DNA of 64,000 nucleotides from Podarcis gaigeae (taxonomy: Eukaryota). The stretch lies in the NCBI GenBank assembly GCA_964106915.2, contig OZ066918.1; one strand, written 5' to 3'. Below, in pieces: positions 1 to 11,796 of the stretch. How positions within the stretch are numbered: the stretch's first letter is position 1; each line of letters starts with the position of its first letter. The notes under the pieces were generated by a model. The model saw only the letters and a list, made by a program, of their open reading frames with translations. It made no database searches and was not told where the DNA came from. A program made the translations under genes and the position numbers.

Positions 1-189
1 AGAGCTGTTCAACAGTGGATTTTGCTGCCAAGGAGTGTGGTGGAGTCTCCTTCTTTGGAGGTCTTTAAGCAGAGGCTTGACAACCATATGTCAGGAGTGC
101 TCTGATGGTGTTTCCTGCTTGGCAGGGGGTTGGACTCGATGGCCCTTGTGGTCTCTTCCAACTCTATGATTCTATGATTCTATGATTCT
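1..189 (+). mobile_element. CR1 LINE 3' end (cut by window edge)
   Basis: CR1 3' UTR ending in (ATTCTATG)n; nearly identical to 6409-6583. Confidence 0.9.
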
Positions 190-194
190 CAATC

Positions 195-400
195 TCAGGT
201 ATAGTGGTTAGTGCTGGACCAGGACCTGGGAGACCAGGACTCAACTCCCCACTCAGCCATGAAGTCCACTGGGTGACATCGGGCCAGACATTGTCTCCAT
301 TGCTCTATCCTATCTCACAGGCTGTTGTGAAGATAAAATGAAGAGAACATAAGCTATGGGCGTCCCATTGAGCTCCTTGGAAGAAAGGTGCGATAGAAAT
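195..400 (+). mobile_element. degraded tRNA-derived SINE (MIR/Squam3-like)
   Basis: A-box-like GGTATAGTGGTTAG head, core CACTGGGTGAC..GGGCCAG, L2-like tail; boundaries approximate. Confidence 0.55.
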
Positions 401-1719
401 GTAGCCGCAGCAGCAGCATCCAAGCCTAACAAAGCCTGCAGTTGCTTTTGTTCGCATGCACCCTTTGCAAACCCTCCTCTTTAGCCATTGCCACTCCCCT
501 CTCTGCTTTTGCCATCCCTTGTGTTTCCCTGCTTAACAACTTCAACAGCCTAAACCCAAATTCAGCCTCGTTGGTTAAGCTACTCCTATCAAAAGAAAAG
601 AAAAAAGCACAATGCTGCTTACTAAGGAAGTCCACTTTGTTCCCAGCTAATTAAAGAGGCGGCATCAATTCAGCTGAGAAGATTCCTCTAGCCAAAAAGC
701 TGCGCTCGTAACACAGCCTGGCAAAACCTGGCAAAACAACAGCCAAACTCAGCAGAACCCAGGGCTCTTGGCAGTTGCTGAGTGCAGCAATAAATTCACA
801 GGAAGCAGGATCCAGCATTATGGACTGTGCGTGCTCAGTTACAAGGCAAACTTTTACAACCCAAGAAGGACCTTCACATAAACAACACAACATTCACCTG
901 TTGTTCCATTCAGCTTTCAAATTAGACTGTTTCACACAAACCTTTACTCTACAAGCAAGAGGTCACATTTAAGGTAGACGACTGAAGTGTGAATGGCCTG
1001 CCTTGGGACTCTCTGGAAAGGAAAAATCAGGAAAGATCTTCTATAAAGACAAAGGGTTCGAAAGATACCAGGATGGTGATGGCACAGTAATTTTAAATGC
1101 ATGTGCATGGACACCACAGTAATACATGGGAGAACAGTTAGTACAAGAGTGGGAGGCCATAGACAGGGATCTCCTGGGAGATCTCTGACTAACGTACAGT
1201 AAATAGGCAAAGATTTCTGGCTCCCAATTGTTTGACAATGGCAACAAGAAAATGAATCCCAAGTGGAAATTAATCAGCTGAAACAAAGAAAAGTCAAGGA
1301 ACTGATTTGTGGGCAGAAGGACTGTGGACCCAGGGCCATCCTGGCACTCACACTCAAAGCCCTCTGCTCAGCAGCTGCTCAAACACACCCAGCTCTTTAA
1401 TCCGGAGTGTTTATCTTCCGCACCTGGCTCTTATTGCTGGATCATAAGGTTCTTTCAAATAAAACACAAAGTAGATCCCGCAAGCCTGAGTCAGTGGGTC
1501 ATGAGAAACAAACATTAAGGAATCTTGCGTGTATCCACACATAGTTGACTGCTCAGGTCAATTTGCTGCCTTCCCACTGAGGACCAATAATTCCTCTGCA
1601 ACTGTGTATGAGGCCCATTGCGTTCATACAATCACTCACCCTACCCTCAGCTGACACCTTTCTACGACCTAGGCGCATGGGTACGCAAATGAAGGCACGG
1701 GGGCCAGGGCCAACCCAGT

Positions 1720-1930
1720 CGCCTTCTCAATCCGGCCCGCGGACAGTCCAGGAATCAGCGTGTTTTCACATGAGTAGAATGTGTGTTTTTATTTAGAATG
1801 CATCTCTGGGTTATTTGTGGGGAATAGGAATTCGTTCTCCCCCCCCAAAAAAATATATATATATAGTCCGGTCCCCCCACAAGGTCTGAGGGACAGTGGA
1901 CCCTGAAAAAGTTTGCTGATGCCCGGGGCA
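1720..1930. mobile_element. hAT/Charlie-like non-autonomous DNA transposon fragment
   Basis: GTCCGGTCCCCCCACAAGGTCTGAGGGACAGTG...AAAAAGTTTGCTGA terminal-type sequence; boundaries approximate. Confidence 0.45.
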
Positions 1931-3297
1931 TCAGAAAGGGCACAAAGGCCAAAGTGACTCACCAGCATTGGTCTGTATGGGAAACTGAACAACAGATTAA
2001 TGGCCAATAACCTTGAGCGGATCTTTCCATCACTGCTGGCAAGCGCTGGATCAAATTAAGCCCCAGCTCTAAGCACATCATTTTACAGCTTGGGAACAGA
2101 TGATCTAGAGAAAACAGTTGCAAACCTTTGCATTTCAAAATGTTAATAATGAAAGGAAACGTGGCAAGCTAGGAAGTCCGGCAGGAAAGGGAGGGGGAAG
2201 GGAAGCAACTTCCTTTGATCCACATTGGGAAGCTATGCGCTTGTGTTTATCTTCTTGAAATTAAGAGGCAGTGAAAACTACAGTTCTCAGCATGCTTACA
2301 ATGGAGTAAGTCCTCCTGCACTCAGTGGGACTTAATTTCCAAGGGAACATGTTTAAGGTCAGGCTCCATCAGGGTGCCATCCTAAACAAGTCCCTGGAAA
2401 ATCTGCAGAATTTTTCCCAAATAAATATCCTAATTCAGATGCCATCTTAGTGCATGCCATGAAACTGGTTCCATGCTTAAAGTTCAACTGTTCTGCTTGC
2501 AAAGGTCACATGCTGGTGCCATGCTCCCCTGGCACACGCTCCCTGGCACGCCAACACGACACGTAGGCAAGGAAGTCCAGGAAACAGATGAGTTTTCTTA
2601 CAAGGAATTACATTTAAATAGGACCCAAGTGCTCCACTGTTAAGTTCATTTAAAATGAGTTGTTTTAATAGCCATTCAAAAGAATGCTGGTAACACTTCC
2701 CCAATCTTTTACATCAAAGCCAAGAACATTTTTGATCAGCTCAGAAATCAAAACAGACACAACTGAAGGAAGTGACTGCTGCATTTCCTGCCAGTTGACT
2801 GCAGCTTAGTCCTCTTGTGTTCATTGCAACATTTTTCTAAACCCTGTGCAACTTGCACAACAACAAACTCAACTTATGACTTGGAAATTTATTAATAATT
2901 TGTTCCCTACCCATTTGAATGGTTTGCGTCAGCCACTCCGGGCAGCTTCCCTCAAAGTAAGTTGCCCCTTCTAACTCAGGACGGTCTACTCTACCTGCTG
3001 ACCAACAGGGTTTCAGGCAGGAGTCTATCCCAATAGACCAAGGACTAAACCTGCGACCTTCTGTCTGCAAGACACTTATCAGATCTGCTGGCATCACAAT
3101 TGCCCCGTATGAATGGGGAATGTGCCCTAAAAGACACCCAATGCCCCCCTCTTTCTTCACATTGAACTTCCAAATAAACATGAATAGGACTGGGAGGTGT
3201 AAGCCACTTTTCCCCCTGTGGACTGCTTTGAGAAAAGATTTACTTGTGAAAAAAATTGCATATAAATAACTGGAGCTGGGGAGGTTGAGAGAAAATA

Positions 3298-3540
3298 AAA
3301 AGGTAAAGGGACTCCTAACCATTAGGTCAAGTCGGGACCGACTCTGGGGTTGCGGCGATCATCTCGATTTACTGGCCGAGGGAGCCAGCGTACAGCTTTC
3401 GGGTCATGTGGTCAGCATGACTAAGCTGCTTCTGGCAAACCAGAGCAGCGAACGGAAACGCCGTTTACCTTCCCGCCAGAGCTCACCCCGTCACGGGGAT
3501 TCAAACTGCCAACCTTCTGATCGGCAAGTCCTAGGCCCTG
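3298..3540 (+). mobile_element. Sauria SINE, internally deleted
   Basis: AAAGGTAAAGGG head shared with five other copies in the window; 11-bp TSD GAGAGAAAATA at 3287-3297 and 3541-3551. Confidence 0.85.
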
Positions 3541-4529
3541 GAGAGAAAATACCACTAGCCTATACAGTGGTGAATTAGCACTGGTGTGCAATGGTGTGCA
3601 TTTCAAGACAGAGTAGAGCAATTTTTGTGGAGTTGGGTTTAGCTCAAGGGTATCTTTTTGACAAGCAACCTTTCCACCCGTGCTTAAACCCCCATCAGGT
3701 GGTAGTAAGATGCAATGAAATTTAGCTCAGGGATAGGAAATCTCTGGCCCTCAGGTATGTCCAATGGTGAGGAGAGCTGTAGTTGTGAAACACCGCATCC
3801 TCCTCCAGCAAGGGCTCCTTCAGACAAGCAATTTGTTGAGCATCCATCCCCATTTGTTTGCACAAAGTCTGTGCAGAGGGTAAATCATATTTGCTGTTTA
3901 TTGAGCACTTGTTCCAATTTCTGGGGTGGTTAAGAAATACATCCATTTAAATATGTCTCGGCTACAATGTGAAATTAGTCAAAGGATTCTGATTTATTCA
4001 TCTAAAGATTTCAAAGAATGGCTTGTTCAATGCTTCCCTTCTCTCTAAAGAGAGGGTGGGAACCCTCAACCCCTCCCCCCTCCCCCACCCTTTTATTCTA
4101 GGCCCTCACACTATATGTGTGCGAGTCTGCTAACCTCTTGCATACTTTGATAAGTTGTCTCTCTGCACTAATCATGACCTATATTTGAAGCACCAAGTTG
4201 CCACATTCCTTTCCCCCAACGTGCTTCCATCTGTGCCTTTAACAGCAACAATAAAAAATAGTTTTTCATTGGATGGGTGACCATGTGTTGAGATTCTGGC
4301 ATTGCAAGGGGTTGGACTAGATGACCCTAGGGGTTCCTCCCAACTCTATGATTCTATGATACCATAGCAGGAAAAGCTTCCCCTGCCATTTCTGCCTGCA
4401 CTGCACCTATCAAAGATATGGAAGCCCTCCAGAGAAGGGTGGGGACCTGTTTCCCTCCTCGCAAATCACCAATGATATCATTTCTTGATCATCTTTACAA
4501 CAACCATGTGCGGGAGAAAGGCATCATTA

Positions 4530-4755
4530 CAGTGGTACCTTGGGTTAAGTACTTAATTTGTTCTGGAGGTCCGTTCTTAACCTGTAACTGTTCTTAACCT
4601 GAAGCACCGCTTTAGCTAATGGGGCCTCCTGCTGCCGCCGCGCCGCCGGAGCACGATTTCTGTTCTCATTCTGAAGCAAAGTTCTTAACCTGAAGCACTA
4701 TTTCTGGGTTAGCGGAGTCTGTAACCTGAAGCATATGTAACCCGAGGTACCACTG
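4530..4755. mobile_element. Tc1/mariner (Tigger/pogo-like) MITE
   Basis: TIRs CAGTGGTACCT...AGGTACCACTG with flanking TA; same family as 10858-11099 and 33198-33438. Confidence 0.85.
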
Positions 4756-4929
4756 TATTCCCAAATTGCAGAGAGGCAGGAAGATACAGGGCTTTACAAA
4801 GAGAGCTACCCGTTTGCAGCGCCAGTGAGATCTGAGCTGCTCCTCCAATGGGAGCCCGTTGCGCCAGCTGGCACAGACATTTGGCACACATCTACCCCGC
4901 GCATCACCCCACGGAAGCCTCACTCGAGA

Positions 4930-5720
4930 CAGAAGAGAACTCCTGGGGAACTTCATGGTCCCGGGCTTCCTCCACGAGAAACCAGCAGCGCCGCGAGGAA
5001 AGTTTCCAGACAACTGGAAAGAATCCGAGGGCGGCGGGCTGGGCTGGGAGCTCCGCATTCCGAGCGGAGAGGCAGCGCGAAGCTGCGCTCCTGTGCCCGC
5101 TTCCTCGAGGAGAGGCTTCCTTCTGGGGCGGCCACGAGTCCCCCCACCCCGCACGGAAGCCCGCCTGGTCTTCCTCCTTGTCCTCCGGGCGCCCCGGGCC
5201 CTCTCCGCCCTCCCGGCGCCCCGCTCACCCTCTCGGGCTTTCTTCTTCCTGGCCAGCGTGCCGCCGAGCTTGCCCAGGAAGGACTCGTCCTTCTTCATCC
5301 TGTGCGGCCGCAGGGTGGGCGAGCGCACCGGCGTGGAGGAGGACATGGGCGCGCCCGGGACGGAGGCGGCGGCGGCGGCGGCGGCGAGGCGCGGAGGGAG
5401 GGCGCCCGGAGGCCCGGGAGACACGCAGCCCGCCGCGGGGCGCACCGGCGCGGCCAAGCGCAACGTGACGGGAGGCGGGGCGCGCGCGCGCACGGGCGCA
5501 TCCCCGCCGGGGCCGGAGGGTCTGGCCAGGGAGCGCAGCGCCCGCCGATGGCGTGGGAGGCCGAGGGGCGGGTCCGGCGGCAGGAGGGGCTGGAAGGGCG
5601 AGGCGACGAGGCTTCTCCTTCGCCGGCACCTTCGGCTCCGTAGCCTGGAAGCAAAGGCTCTCCTTCGAGGGGGAACAAGCGCCTTAACAAAGAGTAACGG
5701 GGGGGGGGGGGAGTGGCTCT
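4930..5720. promoter_or_regulatory. CpG island / PARVB promoter and exon 1
   Basis: Very GC- and CpG-rich; GC boxes; (GGC)n at about 5365-5385 in the presumed 5' UTR. Confidence 0.85.
5229..5346 (-). CDS. PARVB: beta-parvin, coding exon 1 (rest of gene lies left of the window)
   Basis: MSSSTPVRSPTLRPHRMKKDESFLGKLGGTLARKKKARE(G/V) matches the parvin N-terminus; phase-1 GTGAG donor at 5228; sits downstream of SAMM50 as in human. Confidence 0.93.
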
Positions 5721-5867
5721 GAGCACGTGCCTGGCTCGAGAAGGGCCACCGCTCTCTTTAAAAAGAAAACTGAAGCCAGGTCGGTGGTTCTTCTGGGCAT
5801 GTGCCGAGTGCCCATCTGCCCTGAGAAAGGGGAAGGGGACGAAAAAAAATGGGCAAAAAAAAATGAG

Positions 5868-6583
5868 AGGCACAAATACAAGATGGGTGACACCTGGCTT
5901 GAGAGCAGTACATGTGAAAAGGATCTAGGAGTCTTGGTTGACCACAAACTTGACATGAGCCAACAGTGTGACGTGGCAGCTAAAAAAGCCAATGCAATTC
6001 TGGGCTGCATCAATAGGAGTATAGCATCTAGATCAGGGGAAGTAATAGTGCCACTGTATTCTGCTCTGGTCAGACCTCACCTGGAGTACTGTGTCCAGTT
6101 CTGGGCACCACAGTTCAAGAAGGACACTGACAAACTGGAACGTGTCCAGAGGAGGGCAACCAAAATGGTCAAAGGCCTGGAAACGATGCCTTATGAGGAA
6201 CGGCTAAGGGAGCTGGGCATGTTTAGCCTGGAGAAGAGGAGGTTAAGGGGCGATATGATAGCCATGTTCAAATATATAAAAGGATGTCACATAGAGGAGG
6301 GAGAAAGGTTGTTTTCTGCTGCTCCAGAGAAGCGGACACGGAGCAATGGATCCAAACGACAAGAAAGAAGATTCCACCTAAACATTAGGAAGAACTTCCT
6401 GACAGTAAGAGCTGTTTGACAGTGGAATTTGCTGCCAAGGAGTGTGGTGGAGTCTCCTTCTTTGGAGGTCTTTAAGCAGAGGCTTGACAACCATATGTCA
6501 GGAGTCCTCTGATGGCGTTTCCTGCTTGGCAGGGGGTTGGACTCGATGGCCCTTGGGGTCTCTTCCAACTCTATGATTCTATG
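5868..6583 (+). mobile_element. 5'-truncated CR1 LINE (ORF2 C-terminus plus 3' UTR)
   Basis: [53 protein letters not shown] is typical CR1 ORF2; ends in ATTCTATG repeat. Confidence 0.95.
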
Positions 6584-7783
6584 AGTTCAGAGACTGAGCC
6601 CTACAAAAGGAATGCTGGACTTCTCTTGCGCGCGCACAACGTTTATCTTCTTCCACAGTGGCAAAACTATTAAGCAGGATTTCGCCGATGAAAACAGGGA
6701 CACCCTGCTGTTGTTGTTGTCACACACACACCCCAATCGGACTGGGATGCCCCAGACACTCTGGGCGGCTTCCAACAAATATAGAAACATAATAAAACAT
6801 TTAAAAACTTCCCTATTCAGAACTGCCTTCAGATGTCTTCTAAGGTTGTCTAGTCACTTATGGGGGGGATGGGAACACCACCTAGTGAAGCCTCTACAAA
6901 TCTTCCCATCACCCTTTTCCCACACCTTTTGGTAATGGTATGACCCATGCAAAATATCATTTCACAATATGTAGCAGTGACACACATTATATGTGTGTGT
7001 GATTCCTTGGAGGAGAGGTTGGATGGCCATCAGTCATGGTGGTTGGTGGTGATTTCTGCATTGCAGGGGGTTGGACTAGATGACCCTTGGGATTCCTACC
7101 AACTCTACGATCATCATGAAACTGCATGCTTATCAACAGAGCGTTTCTTGCCTTTGCCAAAGCTGTAGATAATGTGAACAGAACAAGGAAAATATCCGTT
7201 AGAATGCAACAAATGTAGCTATCCGAATTTCTTATGGCAAGTAAGTGACTGGGATATCGCCAGAGTCTTATTGCTAGGAAAATGAGTCTCATTCCCAAGC
7301 TGGTAGGGGAAATGAGATTTAGAGTGTTGTGTGGAACGCAGTTGCATGTGTGCCATGGGCACCTATTGGACATCACCAGTGTTACATCACCAGTGGTGAT
7401 CAATGCATTTCTCTCCACCTACTAATACCAGGTATATTGCTTGCAAAGATGAAACCTGTGTATAGCCTTCCTTTCACAGATTCCTTCCTGGTCAAGCTTT
7501 AGAAGATTCTCCTTCCCAATCGCCATCACCTCCCATCTCCATCGCTGCTAGTACCATGTGTTAGCCATCCTGGGCTGTTTGAATGGGACCACTGCCCAGG
7601 CCTCAGGATCAACTTAACAGAAAATAAATGAAGGTGATGAATAGAAGAAAAGTCACAGTAAATTATGAAATTCATAAACTGGAATTATACAATTATTGCT
7701 AAAATTAAAGGATGTACACACTGTGCATCATTACTGGACTAATACAAATATCTGGTTTGAATCTGTGAGCTAGATGGATCATT

Positions 7784-8288
7784 TTTTTTTTATAAATAAT
7801 TTTTATTATTTTCCAATAGAAAACAAAAAAATACAATTGTGCCAAATTTTCACAAATTTTTACAAATTTGTTGCTTTTTTGGACTTCCTTCGGATTCTCT
7901 GAGAATCATCCATATTTACTTCTCAGTTTACGCATTTCTCTGTATATATTGCCATTCAGCTTCCCTCCCACTCCTGTTTGTGTTTTTAACAATATATCTG
8001 TTTTCACAGTGCTTCTTGAAACCCCACCAGTGTTGTTTGCACATCACATGTTCTTTTCAGATATTCAACAAATTTCCCCCAGTCCTCGATGAACTTTTGG
8101 TCTTGAAGATATCTAATTTTTCCGGTTAATCTGTCCAACTCTGCGTAGTCAATCAGCTTCATTCTCCATTCTTCTATTGTCGGTAGCTCCTCTTGTTTCC
8201 ATTTCTGGGCCAGTAGAATTCTTGCTGCTGTGGCTGCATATTGGAAAAGTTTACAGTCTTTTCTTCTAATTTCGTTCCCCGTAATTCC
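7784..8288 (-). mobile_element. 5'-truncated L1/Tx1-clade LINE 3' end
   Basis: Minus strand reads AATAARILLAQKWKQEELPTIEEWRMKL..DWGKFVEYL; A-rich tail (T-run at 7782-7791); 18-bp TSD TGAGCTAGATGGATCATT at 7766-7783 and 8289-8306. Confidence 0.85.
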
Positions 8289-8310
8289 TGAGCTAGATGG
8301 ATCATTAGCC

Positions 8311-8435
8311 CAGTGGCATAGCGTGGGTTGTCAGCACCCGGGGCAAGGCAAGTAATTTGCGCCCCCTAACCCTAACCCCCAGATGTTGTGCCCGGTGCAG
8401 CCGGCACCCCCTGCACCCCCCCTGCTACGCCACTG
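8311..8435. mobile_element. hAT MITE
   Basis: TIRs CAGTGGCATAGC / GCTACGCCACTG; 8-bp TSD CATTAGCC at 8303-8310 and 8436-8443. Confidence 0.85.
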
Positions 8436-8899
8436 CATTAGCCTGATCCAGTATGTTCTTACTATATAACTGGATGATATAATTAAAAGCTTAAGAGCGC
8501 ATTTGCCATCGTATAAAGATGAGACACAATGCACCGAGCTTTCCCTGCCTTTAGAGAGTCAAAGGTGCTCCTGTAACTGAAAGCAGTGGAAGGCTGGGCC
8601 TAGCTGTTGCTTCTCTTTGCAAGTCACACACATCGTAGAAAGTGTAGGGCTTGTGTCAAGTGAAGATGGGCGAGACACCAAGCGTTTAGTTCCTCTTTAA
8701 TGGAAGAGGGACTTATGGCTATACAGGACTGCTGAGCAGCAAAGTCAGGATCTAAAATAGCAGAGCAGGAAGAAGCTCTGTTAGTCATCTAAACAGTTTC
8801 CTTTCCCTCGAGAAATGTTTTGATACGCCCTGAAAAACCGTCTTTGCTCACACATCTGCAAAGCAAGCCCTTTCAATATGGATACCAAACCCTAAACAT

Positions 8900-9316
8900 A
8901 GACTGGAAAGAGAAGTTGCTGAATTACAACTTATCACCAAACTTAAAACCATGGAGAAACCTGGCCTGAACAAAGACCTTGGATTCTTATCTCATTATAC
9001 ATGACAAAGCCATTTTTCACCTTTTCACCCCTTGCTTCTCCCTGTAAGACCTATTGCAGTAGTTAAGAGTCGTCAACAGGCTCATCACAGCTATCTGCCA
9101 ATCACCCATTCCCACCACCCTTCTGAGTAATACCCCTCCCCACCTTCTCACTATATAGAAGGGTCTGGAAACTTCTGTTTCAGTGTATCTGAAGAAGTGT
9201 GCATGCACACGAAAGCTCATACCAAGAACTGACTTAGTTGGTCTTTAAGGTGCTACTGGAAGGAATTTTTTTTGTTTTGACTATGGCAGACCAACACGGC
9301 TACCTATCTGTAACTG
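8900..9316 (+). mobile_element. 5'-truncated Penelope-like element (Neptune-type): GIY-YIG C-terminus plus pseudo-LTR
   Basis: 8900-9004 encodes RLEREVAELQLITKLKTMEKPGLNKDLGFLSHYT* (the E..I..L.T..PGLN end of PLE GIY-YIG domains); TATA-like TATATAG near 9152; hammerhead motif; 13-bp TSD AAACCCTAAACAT at 8887-8899 and 9317-9329. Confidence 0.88.
9185..9222 (+). ncRNA. minimal type-I hammerhead ribozyme motif (PLE-associated)
   Basis: GTAT-CTGAAGA-A-GTGTGC-AT-GCACAC-GAAA-GC-TC-ATAC: stem I GTAT/ATAC, core CUGANGA and GAAA, 6-bp stem II, palindromic AGCT stem III, UH cleavage after C9218. Confidence 0.8.
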
Positions 9317-10118
9317 AAACCCTAAACATGTTTAACTTGTATCTAAAAACAGCCTCCAGCATTTTCTTCACATTTGTGAATAGCAGTAAAAAAAAAAATA
9401 GCCATGGGCAGAACTTTTCATGCTGCCTCAAACACCGTGCTTTTTGATAAGAGTCCATTCAACTGTGTGGCATCAAGTGATATGAAATGCATGTGTGAGC
9501 CAACCCTAACCCTCACTTTCTTTTTCTTTTAATTTTTGAGGGGTTTTTAATACAAAAAGGAGCAAAAGAAAGGTACATGCTACCCAAACAAAAGCACACA
9601 GAAATGCACTATTATTTACACAAACATAAATCCTTCCTGCCCACAATCGCTTTCCACCACCACACCCCTCGACCTCCCTCCACCACACCACAACTTCCTT
9701 ATTTTTTCGATATAATCATTGCACACTTTAGATTCTGGATTTTTCTCTCTTTATAACATTCCTAGATAATGTTGTTCTTTCCGCTTTACTCCTTTAATCT
9801 AAACATATCAACATATTCAATGTTTCCATGGAGCTTTGTTTCCAGGTAGGATCACAGATGCAAACCCAAGTACAGTAATACAATATTATGCACAGCAGAG
9901 ATGTGGCTCCTCCACTCATTCTTCTCAAAGGACGAGTTAACTGGCCTGCCCTGATAACACCTTCAGCTATACCAAATGCAAGTTTTATTTGTGTCTCCCT
10001 TAGCAAAAGTGAGACCTCAAACTGAGTTACAGGTTGCTGTTTTCCAAGTCCTGATTTTTTAAAAAAATTAAGTGTTTGAAGAAATCACACCATAAAGCAA
10101 CTTTTTAAAGCAAGTTTC

Positions 10119-10124
10119 TTTATT
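10119..10124 (-). other. candidate SAMM50 polyadenylation signal AATAAA
   Basis: TTTATT on +, about 117 nt past the SAMM50 stop. Confidence 0.55.
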
Positions 10125-10240
10125 GAAGTAAACCCTTCATACATAATTATGTTTCGGTAAAATCCTCTGGGACATCTTTGTGCCACTCTTGAACTCAGGA
10201 GCTCGTTTTGGCCCAGTGATATTATGAAACGACTGTGACA

Positions 10241-10286
10241 TTACAAGAATCTTATTCCAGCTCCAAACTGAACTCCGTCACATATT
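10241..10286 (-). CDS. SAMM50: SAMM50 exon 15 (last coding exon)
   Basis: (R)ICDGVQFGAGIRFL*; AG acceptor; TAA at 10241-10243. Confidence 0.95.
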
Positions 10287-10857
10287 CTGGAAAAACAAAA
10301 ATAATTAGTATGATATGCAATGTACTGTGATAAGCATTTTAAATGCAATTTTAGCTTGAGATAATGCTTTACATTTTGCTGACCTTTAAGCAGAATATTT
10401 GTCTCACTACTTGGCTTTATGTCACTAATTAAAGATTATAGATTTCAGCTGTGATCCTATGTGCACTTACCTGGGAGTAAACCCCACTTAAAACAGTGTA
10501 ATTTGCTTCTGAACAAACATGCATATGAGCATGCTGAAGTTTTCTTCTCCATTAAGCTTGACAATTAAATAGGACCCTATTAAAATATGCTGATGAGACC
10601 AGATTGCATTTTTTTTTGTTTTCACCTAAATTCACATTGGTGGTTCTGTTTCTGAAACTGTGCTTCAACTTGGAAGCTGAAGCCAATGAAACTGTGCATC
10701 CTTTATAAAAATGCATTTTCTGAGAAGAAATTTGCAGTCTAGAAATTCTCCTGGATTCCCAGGTGGCAGCAATGGCCAAGAGAGCTTTTTATCAGTTACA
10801 CCCTTGTGCAAAATAATTGAAACAAAGAATGTTTTCTATTTTACTCGTAATCCTGTA

Positions 10858-11099
10858 CAGTGGTACCTCTGGTTACGTACTTAATTCATTCCGGAGGTCC
10901 GTTCTTAACCTGAAACTGTTCTTAACCTGAAGCACCACTTTACCTAATGGGGCCTCCCATTACTGCCGTGCCGCCACCGCACAATTTCTGTTCTCATCCT
11001 GAAACTAAGTTCTTAACCTGAGGTACTATTTCTGGGTTAGCGGAGTCTGTAACCTGAAGCGTATGTAACCTGAAGCATATATAACCTGAGGTACCACTG
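10858..11099. mobile_element. Tc1/mariner (Tigger-like) MITE
   Basis: CAGTGGTACCTC...GAGGTACCACTG TIRs, TA flanks. Confidence 0.85.
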
Positions 11100-11134
11100 T
11101 ACTCAAAACAAACACGAAAAGTCAGTGGATCATT

Positions 11135-11796
11135 ATGCTGTTGGAAGCCTGCAGCAAATAGAAGGAATGATGCGCTCACCACAATATGTTGAGCAGGCAT
11201 AGGCAAGCTCGGCCTTCCAGATGTTTTGGGACTACAACTCCCATGGTCCTTAGCTAACAGGACCAGTGGTCAGGGATTATGGGAATTGTAGTCCCAAAAC
11301 ATCTGGAGGGCCGAGGTTGCCTATGCCTGATATTGAGGTTCTACGAAAAAGTTATTCCAGAGCTGGAAAAGAGGTATCCTGACAGTACTGGGATATTGCA
11401 GCACAACCTAGCCCCCTATCACACATCGAAAGTGGTGAAGAAATTCATGACAAAGCAGGAAATACAGGTCGTTGATTAGTCAGGGAATTCCCCGGACGTA
11501 AATCCCATTGAGAATTTGTGGGCTATAGGCAAAAGTCGCCTCCGTGCTGTAGACTGTACGACTATGGAGAAGCTCATTCAGGCACTGATTCAAGTCTGGT
11601 ACAGGGATCCGAAAATCAACAGTGACTGTTCAAAACTAGTAGACTCCATGGCAAACCTTGTTCAAATGCTGCTTAAAAATAGTGGAGGTCATATCCATTA
11701 CTAATGTACGTATATGTGAGTTTTGTACATGTATATGTGAGTTTTGTACAATAAACTACATTGTTTGTTTCAATTACTGTAATTTGCACACGGGTG
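11135..11796 (+). pseudogene. Tc1-family (DD34E) transposase 3' relic with right terminus, interrupted by a MITE
   Basis: GSLQQIEGMMRSPQYVE | ..GILQHNLAPYHTSKVVKKF..VVD*SGNSPDVNPIENLWAI..KLVDSM..KNSGGHIHY*; in-frame stop where W is expected; ends TGCACACGGGTG+TA; left boundary approximate. Confidence 0.85.
11194..11329. mobile_element. palindromic hAT-type MITE inserted in the Tc1 relic
   Basis: CAGGCATAGGCAA...TTGCCTATGCCTG; 8-bp TSD ATGTTGAG / ATATTGAG. Confidence 0.85.

Noticed and set aside
4666-5873. Several overlapping 190-290 aa ORFs on both strands
   Set aside because: Stop-poor GC-rich CpG island; only 5229-5346 matches parvin and it ends at a GT donor
5727-6419. 230-aa ORF as a host gene
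   Set aside because: It is CR1 ORF2 C-terminus joined by chance to upstream unique sequence
10591-10665. CTGATGA...GAAAC as another hammerhead
   Set aside because: No convincing stem II closing pairs or stems I and III
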